Positions 34,362-42,397 of a stretch of DNA of 64,000 nt are shown in pieces; the first letter of the stretch is position 1, and every line of letters starts with the position of its first letter. The stretch lies in the IMG/VR virus record IMGVR_UViG_3300033069_001247, positions 1-64,000 of that record; one strand, 5' to 3'. Source of the stretch: a virus (Duplodnaviria; Caudoviricetes). Position numbers and translations under genes: made by a program. Under the pieces are notes generated by a model. It was not told the origin of the DNA and ran no database searches. It saw only the letters and a program-made list of their open reading frames with translations.

Positions 34362-35460
34362 CCTTTCGCAGGTATCACTGGAGTCCGCTGCCAAGTTGCT
34401 GGAAATGCAACTTGGCATTTCTGGTATCCGGGCACGTCGCGAAAAGATGGCGATGAGTGCGGGTATGCAAGGTGCGTTGATTGGCGGTATTGGCGGGCTC
34501 GGAACCGGCCTGATGAGTTCGGCCCTGTCCACCGACGAGCGAAAGCGATGGCTGCGTAACGCCCTGGTCGGTACAGCTCTGGGTGCGGGCGTCGGCGGGG
34601 CTGTCGGGTACGGTTCTGACTTGGTGAAGCAGCTACAGAAACCGAGCCCGATTGAGGAAAACCTGAACAAGACAGAGGCAATACAAGCCCGGCAGGCAGC
34701 AGAATCGCAGCCGAATGATCCTATCCGTAACTGGCTCTACGGGAAACCAGCAGTACCCGCTCCGACGGCAGCACCCGCTCCGACGGCAGCACCCGCTCCG
34801 ACGGCAGCACCTACAGCGTCCGCTGGTCCTGCTAAGGTACCATCAGTTAGCGACCTGCAGCCGTCTAACGCTGAAGTCGGTAAAGAGCTGGTGAATCAAT
34901 ACACCGGCAGGCCATACGTAACAGGTGCTACGACTGCTACGGGCGTCGCGATAGGTCATGGCGCAGATAAATTGCGGCAGTACCGTATTACACCTTACGA
35001 CGTGTCCCATCCAGGTAAAGCGCGCTGGGAAGGTATGGTACCGGAAGAACAAGCAGCCGTTAAAGCATTTCAGACGCAAGCTAAGGCCGTACGTGCCGCC
35101 GGGGGTCGCGTCACGCAGCCATTTTTAGGTGGGGCTCCTACGTTCGTAACACCACCACCAAAACCGAACACAGCCAACCGCCGTATCGAATACAGACCCT
35201 CAGTTGCAGAGCAGGCGAGTGCGTTACCGCAACCAGCTCCATTGATCGCAAAGATGGTCAATAAAGCAAAGCAGACATTGAACCCACCAGGTACAGCCCG
35301 AACACAATTTTCACCGCAGACGTGGGATGAAGATATCGTTCCCGCTATGCGACAGAACATGCCGCGTAAGTGGGGCGGGAAGCTCACTGGCGGTGTACTT
35401 GGACTGGCGGCTGCCCCGCTTGCAGAAAGTATTTGGAGCGGTTGGAACGGAACCAACTAA
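34345..35460 (+). CDS. Gly-zipper protein with Pro/Ala/Thr linker
   Basis: EKMAMSA followed by GALIGGIGGLGTGLM and ALVGTALGAGVGGAVGYG; C-terminal LTGGVLGLAAAPLA. Confidence 0.6.
   Translation: MPITLDLSQVSLESAAKLLEMQLGISGIRARREKMAMSAGMQGALIGGIGGLGTGLMSSALSTDERKRWLRNALVGTALGAGVGGAVGYGSDLVKQLQKPSPIEENLNKTEAIQARQAAESQPNDPIRNWLYGKPAVPAPTAAPAPTAAPAPTAAPTASAGPAKVPSVSDLQPSNAEVGKELVNQYTGRPYVTGATTATGVAIGHGADKLRQYRITPYDVSHPGKARWEGMVPEEQAAVKAFQTQAKAVRAAGGRVTQPFLGGAPTFVTPPPKPNTANRRIEYRPSVAEQASALPQPAPLIAKMVNKAKQTLNPPGTARTQFSPQTWDEDIVPAMRQNMPRKWGGKLTGGVLGLAAAPLAESIWSGWNGTN
34755..34811 (+). repeat. 18-bp tandem repeat ACCCGCTCCGACGGCAGC x3
   Basis: Three perfect copies plus ACC; encodes (P)APTAA linker units. 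Confidence 0.9.
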
Positions 35461-35495
35461 GCCATTGTCAATTGCAGTCAGGGAGGCTGCGACAC

Positions 35496-37016
35496 ATGAG
35501 CATCATCAAGACAACTGCATCGTGGGGCGATAAGTTTGAAGGCCCTACCGCGCAGATCGTTGGGCTGTCCAGCAGAGGACTGATGGTCAACGATTACCGA
35601 CAGCTCGTGAAACGGGCCTCGGCAGATATCCTGCATGACATCCAGAGTATTCGGGAAAAGGTAGCGGCGGACGAAACGCTGATCCACCTTCTGGCTATTG
35701 GGGCCACTGAAGACTTTGGCTGTAACCGCAACGGTGACGGCTTCCGACGGGCCACGTGTCGGGCCTACCATCCCACATTCATGAAGCATGCGATGTTCTA
35801 TCGCAATCACGAAAACAAGGATCCCCGAAAGTCGTACGGGCGGCTCGTCAAGTCTGCCTGGAACAACGACATGAAACGGGTAGAGCTGCTGGTTGCGCTA
35901 AACAGCACCGCAGCAGCAGCTCACCGCAACAACGGACTGGTCGCTGATCGCGAGATGGAGAAACTCGCCAGCGGGAAAGACATCCCGGTCAGCATGGCGT
36001 GCAAGGTTCCGTACGACATTTGTTCGTACTGCGGCAATCAGGCCACGACCAGCGACGACTACTGTATGGGTACCTCCGAAGGCGGTATGTGTAAGGCAGG
36101 CGGGCTCAAGAACAACATCGGAGCATTGGTCGAAGTGGATGGCGGTGTGCATCAGCTGCATGCTGACAACGACCGACCATTGTTCTTTGATATTTCCAAC
36201 GTGTTTCGGCCCGCAGACCGTATCGCCTACACCACTGGTGCCCTGTTGAAGTCAGCCAGTGAACACGGTCGCGTAATCAAAAGTGCAGACCTGGCGCGAC
36301 AATTGGGAGTGGTCGTCCCGTTCGAACTGGCGATTGATAACGGGGAACAACCTGCCAACGTGCAGCGGATGCTGAAGATTGCGTACCAGCTGTCTCAGTT
36401 GGAAACAGACATTGAAAACGGTGCCCCGCCTGTTGCGGCAACGTATGCTCCGGCCTTCAAGCCATTGGTACAGGATGGCGACAAGGCCATGCATATTCCT
36501 GTCCCGACACATACGAAGTTCGCGATGGCAATGCGTGCCTTGGCAGATCAGAAGATTTGTTTACCGTTGGCCCGCTTTATCGAGCTGACGACCGACAATG
36601 ACTTTGAGAAGGCTGCAGAGATAGCAGCCGTCGTAGCACACAAGCTGCCGGGTGTGTTTACACGACTGCTATCTCGCAGCGACGTGGCAGAGCGGATTAA
36701 GACCAGCAACTACAACCCAGCTGATACCGAGGCATCGACCTTGTTTGCAGGCTGGGCATATAAGTTGGCGGCTTCAATGTCCCTGCATGCCGAGCATGTT
36801 CAACGTCGTGCAATTCGTGCGGCGTTGTATGACGAAACCGCTGTGCTACGCCGTGCGACACCGCACGAGAAAACAGCAGCATCACGTGATGCTGCGGGTC
36901 AACTGGTCGAAGAGTATGCTCTTTATCAGTTGTCCTTCCTTGGCTCTATCCCTGACGCTGACCCGTGTTCAGCGTTGACACGTTCCCTGTCCGTTGTTCA
37001 GAATTATGCAGCATAA
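35496..37016 (+). CDS. Prohead maturation protease (assemblin/HK97-like fold) with KxA-rich C-terminal extension
   Basis: YRNHENKD (His), RVELLV, PVSMACKV (Ser), CSYCGN zinc-like insert, FFDISNVFRPADRIA (cf. ExSxVxxPA); position upstream of scaffold and capsid genes. Confidence 0.8.
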   Translation: MSIIKTTASWGDKFEGPTAQIVGLSSRGLMVNDYRQLVKRASADILHDIQSIREKVAADETLIHLLAIGATEDFGCNRNGDGFRRATCRAYHPTFMKHAMFYRNHENKDPRKSYGRLVKSAWNNDMKRVELLVALNSTAAAAHRNNGLVADREMEKLASGKDIPVSMACKVPYDICSYCGNQATTSDDYCMGTSEGGMCKAGGLKNNIGALVEVDGGVHQLHADNDRPLFFDISNVFRPADRIAYTTGALLKSASEHGRVIKSADLARQLGVVVPFELAIDNGEQPANVQRMLKIAYQLSQLETDIENGAPPVAATYAPAFKPLVQDGDKAMHIPVPTHTKFAMAMRALADQKICLPLARFIELTTDNDFEKAAEIAAVVAHKLPGVFTRLLSRSDVAERIKTSNYNPADTEASTLFAGWAYKLAASMSLHAEHVQRRAIRAALYDETAVLRRATPHEKTAASRDAAGQLVEEYALYQLSFLGSIPDADPCSALTRSLSVVQNYAA

Positions 37017-37060
37017 AAATTCCGGACAGGGATTTCAGTTTGACAAAGGAGTTGTCGCAA

Positions 37061-38446
37061 ATGGGCAGTAAACCACAGGCGTCGTTTCTCACGGCCCTCA
37101 CTGAGCTGACCGCCACCATCGGACAGGCGAAGCAAGCAGCTGCAAATGGCGGACGCCAGAAAGCGGCTGGGGACCCTATTCCTGCTGACCCCGGCGGATA
37201 CTCTGGCAGCTCTTCGCACCCAACTGCCCACGTGGACAACCACGGGCAGAATGTGCAAGAGGGCGCACGTAGTGCCGAGAACGAGCGAGATGTCAAGGAA
37301 GATCAGGGTGCCCCAAGCGTGAATAACGCTTCGGACATGAAGCCTGGTATTCAGGATGATGTCCAGCTCAACATCGGAACCAAGCAGACCGCTACGGGTG
37401 AAGACCCTGCGGTCGAAGATGACTACAAGGGCGGAAAGGACGACCCCGGGTCGACCCACCCAGCCCGTACTGACAACAATGCACTGGATGGCGAAAAGTA
37501 CGCCAGTGCTACGATTGGTCAGTGCCGCGATTTCCACGGTGAACTCGCGAACTCGATCCTCGCTGACCTTGCTATGGGTCGGGGATCTCAGTTGGGAAAG
37601 CAGGCAGCAGCACAAGCTGCCCCCGCTAAGCCTGCGTCGGAACTGGACACCGCGATCAAGCAGGCAGCAGCTCGGGCGAAAGCCGGTGCCGCTGGCGCTG
37701 ATCACCCTGCCACTGGCAATGCCGATCTGCAGGCCGGTTATGATCTGGCTGCCGCGATCGGTATTGAGAAGCAGGCCGCTCAGTCTGCTGTTGCCGGTAT
37801 GATCGAAACCGCGATCACCGAAGCCCAGGAAGACGCAGACCGTTATGGTGCGTTCTTCACCGGCATCCTCAAGAAGGCTGCCGAAGCCGGGGCATCTGCT
37901 GAAGGTGAAGACCACAGCAGCGACGGCGATGACACCTCCGGAGCTAACGATGCCGAAGGGACCAGCGGTGGTTCCGGAGGCGGACCTGGCGGCGAGCACG
38001 TGAGTGCTGCTGGTGACCCTCCTCCTGGCAGTGATGCTGGCGGGCCTCCCGGTGCTGGCGGGCCTCCTGGTGGCGGCGGGGCTCCTGACGAAGCTGCACT
38101 GATGCAGCTGGTCGCCGCACTGGATGAAGCTGGTATCCCGATCGAAACGCTGATTCAGGCGCTGTCTGGTGGCGGCGGGCCTCCCGGCGCCGGTGGCCCT
38201 CCTGGTGCTGGCGGGCCTCCTCCAGCCGATCCGATGGGCGGCGGAATGGGTGGGCCTCCTCCAGCCGATCCGATGGGCGGCGGTGCCCCTCCAATGGGTG
38301 ACGGCATGAAGCTGGCTTCAGCGGTCAACCGGCTGCGTCGATCCGGTAAGTACCAGTTCAAGGTCGCGTACGCTGGTACCCCTGAGCGTGCTCTGCGGGA
38401 CCAGATGAAGAGCCACGTCGGCGAGATTCTCGGTCGCAAGATCTAG
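37061..38446 (+). CDS. Scaffold-like acidic/Gly-Pro-rich protein
   Basis: Between protease and capsid genes; about 10 KxA motifs; GGPPG and PPADPMGGG repeats; RBS in hairpin GACAA-AGGAG-TTGTC. Confidence 0.6.
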   Translation: MGSKPQASFLTALTELTATIGQAKQAAANGGRQKAAGDPIPADPGGYSGSSSHPTAHVDNHGQNVQEGARSAENERDVKEDQGAPSVNNASDMKPGIQDDVQLNIGTKQTATGEDPAVEDDYKGGKDDPGSTHPARTDNNALDGEKYASATIGQCRDFHGELANSILADLAMGRGSQLGKQAAAQAAPAKPASELDTAIKQAAARAKAGAAGADHPATGNADLQAGYDLAAAIGIEKQAAQSAVAGMIETAITEAQEDADRYGAFFTGILKKAAEAGASAEGEDHSSDGDDTSGANDAEGTSGGSGGGPGGEHVSAAGDPPPGSDAGGPPGAGGPPGGGGAPDEAALMQLVAALDEAGIPIETLIQALSGGGGPPGAGGPPGAGGPPPADPMGGGMGGPPPADPMGGGAPPMGDGMKLASAVNRLRRSGKYQFKVAYAGTPERALRDQMKSHVGEILGRKI

Positions 38447-38506
38447 TTCCGCCGGTTGTTTCCTTTCCCAAAATTAACCGCTGACTCTGTCACGGAGGAG
38501 TCTCTG

Positions 38507-38932
38507 ATGAAAACCCCGAATCTGGCAAACATGACGTTGCCGGAAAAGGTGATTGAGCAAATCACCCTGTCCAACGTTGCCTTGGAAAAGGCAGCCAGCA
38601 TCGAGCAACGTGCTGCTACCAAGCAGGCGTCGGTCGATGCGTTGATTCCGAAAGTTGTGGACGCCCTTGTCGACAACGATCGGATCCATCCGAACGAGCG
38701 CGAAAAGGCCGCTTCGATGCTGCGGGATCCTGTTCAGGCTCTCAATCTGCTGATGAGCTGTGCCCAGCATCACGTCGGCAACGACGGTGGTCGACTTGGC
38801 AGCCCGCTGCAGAAGGAAGCCGCTGCGAAGCCACAAGCACCTGCACGGTCTCCGTTCGTGGGTGTTCGCGGTCAGCACAGCGAAGCATCCGATCGACTGT
38901 TGGCCGGACTGGGTCTCCCAGTCAACTCGTAG
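38507..38932 (+). CDS. Small KxA-rich helical protein (scaffold/core-like)
   Basis: EKAAS x2, TKQAS, QKEAA in 141 aa; RBS TCACGGAGGA. Confidence 0.6.
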   Translation: MKTPNLANMTLPEKVIEQITLSNVALEKAASIEQRAATKQASVDALIPKVVDALVDNDRIHPNEREKAASMLRDPVQALNLLMSCAQHHVGNDGGRLGSPLQKEAAAKPQAPARSPFVGVRGQHSEASDRLLAGLGLPVNS

Positions 38933-39025
38933 TTCTGATCTGCAGCGACTTGTAGCAACCATGGTTGGTTGCTGTTCTTTCACGATGTACGCTCATTATG
39001 AGCGACTGAAATATGGAGGTTTCCC

Positions 39026-39607
39026 ATGCCTGGTCAGGCTCCCTCGCTTCAAGCAGAACACTGCCTGAATCACCTGAAAGGGTGGTTCGATATGTCGGCA
39101 CTGGACTACAGCGCTAAGCTGTCCAGTGCGGTTACGTTGCAGGCCTTTGGTGGCCGCGTTGCTCACTTGAACGCCAATGGCGAATTCGAGATGGGTATCT
39201 CCGGCACCAAGATGGCCATCTTCTTGCTGCAAGCTGACACCGACCTCGATGTCAGCAATCCTGGTATCACCGGTGCCGGTAACTTCATGCACCAGGCCAT
39301 CGCTCCTGCCGGAAATATGTCCGGACTGGTGGCGACCGGTGGTTACGAACTCGATACTACCGAGTTCGACAAGACTCCTGCTGTGGCTTATGCCCCGAAT
39401 CAGTTGCTGACTGCTAAGGCGAGCAACACGGTACAGGCCACCGGTGGTGTGCTCAGCAACGACCGTAACGGCGCAGGTGGAAGCGCTGGTTCGGTTCGTC
39501 CGTACCAGGATGCTGCGTGCGGTGTGGTCTCCCGAGGCCAGTACCGTAACGAGCACAACGTCGAAATGCTGGCCTTCTGGTCAATCTACCTGCCAGGCAC
39601 CGTCTAA
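39026..39607 (+). CDS. Capsid decoration/cement-like protein
   Basis: 193 aa Gly-rich beta protein directly upstream of the major capsid gene. Confidence 0.55.
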   Translation: MPGQAPSLQAEHCLNHLKGWFDMSALDYSAKLSSAVTLQAFGGRVAHLNANGEFEMGISGTKMAIFLLQADTDLDVSNPGITGAGNFMHQAIAPAGNMSGLVATGGYELDTTEFDKTPAVAYAPNQLLTAKASNTVQATGGVLSNDRNGAGGSAGSVRPYQDAACGVVSRGQYRNEHNVEMLAFWSIYLPGTV

Positions 39608-39706
39608 CAGCCTGACGCTTCTGCTTGTCACCATCGTTTGTCCCGGGGTGGTCTATGATGGCCACCCCTCTTTCGCACCATCACCGAGCAGGCGGATAAA
39701 CCTGCG

Positions 39707-39716
39707 ACATGGAGGT
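39707..39716 (+). promoter_or_regulatory. RBS with ACATGGAGGT (CsrA/Rsm consensus match) of major capsid gene
   Basis: Exact consensus match 5 nt before ATG 39722. Confidence 0.5.
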
Positions 39717-39721
39717 TACAA

Positions 39722-40654
39722 ATGGCTGCTTCGCAAGCCGAAACTGTGTTGCTGAACGAGACGCTGTTCGATCAGCTGCTCACTCCGGGTATGGAGAAGA
39801 AGGCTGTTGACGCTGTCAACGACTTCACCCGTACCAAGATGCGTGAAGACGGGTTCTTCCGTCGGATCATGCCACCGGTCAAGATTTCGAATGACGAACT
39901 CGATCGTCAGTCGGATACTCCCAAGCCGGTCAAGATCATCGACAAGGAACCAGACAGCCCTGCGGCTGTCTCGATCCCATTTGGTACGCTGCCCACCAGC
40001 GTGTACATCAAGGGTCCCAGGTACCGCGTGAGCTTCGACCGAATCGTGACCCCGCGGTTCCAGGTCGACGTGGAAGAGATGCGAACCTGGGTCATGGATA
40101 TTCGGCAAGTCCTTTCGGACAATGCACTTAAAGACGTTTTGGCAGAGGAAGACGGCAAGTTCATCGCGGGCTGTAACCAGCTCATGATCGGACCCGATGT
40201 TCCTGTGCCATACAACGGCAACCAGGTGCAGTGGAAGACGCTGGACGGCGGCCTGACTCGCGAGACTCTCCAAGAGGCTCGCAAGATCATGCCACGCGGT
40301 CCTTCGCATCTCGAGGCTCACACCGCCCTGATCAACAACGTCACCGTGAAGGAACTGGAGAAGTTCCCACGCGACGAAATGGGTGGTGACTTCAGCCAGG
40401 ACGTTCTCAAGAACGGATGGGCTGAAGCGAACTTCGCAGGCATGAACTGGATCATCAGTATCAAGCGCGACCTGATCCCTGACGACAGCATGTTCATGTT
40501 CTCGGACCCTCGGTTTATCGGGAAGGCGTTTCTTCTCGAAGACACCACAATGTACGTGAAACGCGAAGCGTTCATGATTGAGTTCTTCGCATACCAGACC
40601 ATGGGTGCGACGATCGGTCATCCTGGCGGCATCGCCCGGGCAGACTTCGCGTAA
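39722..40654 (+). CDS. Major capsid protein (HK97 fold)
   Basis: 310 aa; REDGFFRRIMPP, IVTPRFQVDVEEMR...DIRQVLSDNALKDVLAEEDGKF pattern; position after protease/scaffold/decoration genes; strong RBS; followed by a terminator. Confidence 0.8.
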   Translation: MAASQAETVLLNETLFDQLLTPGMEKKAVDAVNDFTRTKMREDGFFRRIMPPVKISNDELDRQSDTPKPVKIIDKEPDSPAAVSIPFGTLPTSVYIKGPRYRVSFDRIVTPRFQVDVEEMRTWVMDIRQVLSDNALKDVLAEEDGKFIAGCNQLMIGPDVPVPYNGNQVQWKTLDGGLTRETLQEARKIMPRGPSHLEAHTALINNVTVKELEKFPRDEMGGDFSQDVLKNGWAEANFAGMNWIISIKRDLIPDDSMFMFSDPRFIGKAFLLEDTTMYVKREAFMIEFFAYQTMGATIGHPGGIARADFA

Positions 40655-40677
40655 GTTGTACTTGCTTGAAGACTTCG

Positions 40678-40724
40678 CCTCTGGTAGGGTAGGGCTTGAC
40701 AGCTCTCCCTACCAGAGGATTTTT
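40678..40724 (+). terminator. Intrinsic terminator after major capsid gene
   Basis: CCTCTGGTAGGG...CCCTACCAGAGG 12-bp stem, inner AGGGC/GCTCT stem, TTGACA loop, then ATTTTT. Confidence 0.75.
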
Positions 40725-40726
40725 CG

Positions 40727-41428
40727 ATGACCGAAAGCATCTACCAGCGACGAATCAAAGCAGGCAATTGCGGGAAGTGTGGCGATCCACGCGAAGACAA
40801 AGACGCCAAGATGTGCCACGACTGTGCCGGTAAGGAAAGAGCCCGGTCAGCAGCCAGACGTGTGAAAACAGCAGCCAACGGAATGTGCAGTGCGTGTGCT
40901 GCACGGCCCCGCCTACCGAACAGCAGTCGTTGTGAGAAGTGCAAGCAGACATCGGCGGCGTCCACAAAACGCCGCCAGGACAGGTTGAAAGCAGCCGGTC
41001 TCTGTGTTCACTGCGGTGTACCAGTGCCTGCCGGACGCGTGACGTGTGAAGTCCACAGTCAACAGATGAGCAAACGGGCAACAGACAAGTACCACGAACG
41101 AAAAGCCGCCGGTACCTGTTGTCGCTGTGACGAGCCTGTTGTGAATGGGCAGCCCACCTGTGAACGCCACACGGCTATGGCCGCGGCCAACCGCAAAGCA
41201 CTCCGCAACAAAGTCCTGAAGCGATACGGTGGCAAATGCCGCCGGTGCAAGGAAACCAGAATCGACCAGCTGGGAATGTCCCGCATTCCCAGCAAAGCAG
41301 ATCCAGCAACGAAGGGGATGGGTGGTCACCATCTCAACTGGTGGTTGAAGAAGAATGGGTTCCCTAAAGGATTCAGGATTCTTTGCCAGACGTGCAAGGC
41401 GACTCTCCGACAAGCAAAGAAGGGGTAG
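40727..41428 (+). CDS. Zinc-finger repeat protein with degenerate HNH-like C-terminus
   Basis: Four G-x-C-x2-C...C-x2-C/H repeats; RYGGKCRRC...GFPKGFRILCQTC parallels the 24247 HNH but lacks the DH motif and the final Asn. Confidence 0.7.
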   Translation: MTESIYQRRIKAGNCGKCGDPREDKDAKMCHDCAGKERARSAARRVKTAANGMCSACAARPRLPNSSRCEKCKQTSAASTKRRQDRLKAAGLCVHCGVPVPAGRVTCEVHSQQMSKRATDKYHERKAAGTCCRCDEPVVNGQPTCERHTAMAAANRKALRNKVLKRYGGKCRRCKETRIDQLGMSRIPSKADPATKGMGGHHLNWWLKKNGFPKGFRILCQTCKATLRQAKKG

Positions 41429-41487
41429 CCCGCTGTCGGATTCAAATACCATCTTCGATCGCAAGATCAGTTCTCATGGAGGCGAAC

Positions 41488-41871
41488 ATGCCGCAGCAAA
41501 TGCTCACAGCTCAGGAAGCTCACACCGTTTTCCACAACAAGGTGTACGCACCAGTCTTCTTCGAGAAGCTGGCCCAGGATTACAACATCCGACCCACCAG
41601 CGAAACAGAGGCGCAAGAGATGCTGGTGATGGCATCGCAGTTGCGATCGCTGCATGAAGCAGAAAACGAAAAGCGGGCTGCCAGCCGACCTGATCCAATG
41701 GCGATGGCCCGCAACATCCTCGACAACCAGCTGGCCCAGTATGGTTTCAGCAAGCAGGCTGGTACCGTACAGAACCAGAACCGCGTCAAGCAGTCCGCTG
41801 CTGCCGCGTCGTTTGACTCCGAACTGGCTCACGCCGCCCTGTCCGTGCTGGCACAGCACAACGCGGCGTAA
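41488..41871 (+). CDS. Small KxA-containing head-module protein
   Basis: EKLAQ, EKRAA, SKQAG; RBS TCATGGAGG. Confidence 0.6.
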   Translation: MPQQMLTAQEAHTVFHNKVYAPVFFEKLAQDYNIRPTSETEAQEMLVMASQLRSLHEAENEKRAASRPDPMAMARNILDNQLAQYGFSKQAGTVQNQNRVKQSAAAASFDSELAHAALSVLAQHNAA

Positions 41872-41944
41872 CCCCATTCGCGACACACGCAACCGCAGTT
41901 CCTGATCGAGATACTCGTGGTACTCAGCCACATGGAGGTTCAAA

Positions 41945-42307
41945 GTGCCTGTTAACCCATCTGCTGAAGAACTCTACACGACCGTAGAGAATATGACCGA
42001 CTCCGAGCGGACCTGTGGGTTCCTCGGGCCTCGCGGAATGACCCTGGCGCCCGGTGAGATCGTTCTCATTCCGGGTAACCTTGTTGCGACTCTGGGTGCC
42101 GAAGCGGCTCGCGGCAAGCGACGCCGGTTCGATGGACTGGAGCGTTCGATGAAGGCGGGCCGCATCCGCATCAACAGTACGCCTGCTCCTGTACTGTACG
42201 ACGCGGAAGATGGCGTACCCAAGTCGCTGGCGATTGCTGGCGGTGTCCTGGGTACCGTGGATCCCGACTACAACGAACACGGATCAGTCGCGTACACCCC
42301 GGTTTAA
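41945..42307 (+). CDS. Hypothetical virion-associated protein
   Basis: GTG start after ACATGGAGGT (41930); ends before a terminator. Confidence 0.6.
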   Translation: MPVNPSAEELYTTVENMTDSERTCGFLGPRGMTLAPGEIVLIPGNLVATLGAEAARGKRRRFDGLERSMKAGRIRINSTPAPVLYDAEDGVPKSLAIAGGVLGTVDPDYNEHGSVAYTPV

Positions 42308-42339
42308 CCACCGTCGCCGTACGATCCTGCTTGTTCATG

Positions 42340-42372
42340 CGGCGATCCGAAACTTTCGGGTCGCCGTTTCTA
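42340..42372 (+). terminator. Intrinsic terminator
   Basis: CGGCGATCCGAA-ACT-TTCGGGTCGCCG followed by TTTC. Confidence 0.7.
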
Positions 42373-42397
42373 TTTACCGCGATAACCGGATACCGCT

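Noticed and set aside
37004-37999. Long minus-strand ORFs (also 16580-17467, 45856-region 47041-47898, 49933-51528, 56753-57712)
   Set aside because: They fully overlap supported + strand genes and have no motifs; expected antisense shadows in GC-rich coding DNA.
39625-39672. Sigma-70 promoter TTGTCA...TATGAT upstream of the capsid gene
   Set aside because: The spacing is 23 nt and TATGAT is the loop of a GGGGTGGTC/GGCCACCCC hairpin; more likely a weak terminator or stabiliser.
39722-40654. Encapsulin shell protein
   Set aside because: The size fits, but the protease/scaffold/decoration context and the adjacent neck and tail genes indicate a phage capsid.
40696-40724. -35 box TTGACA as promoter for the zinc-finger gene
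   Set aside because: No -10 hexamer at 16-18 nt and the start codon is too close; treated as a terminator loop.
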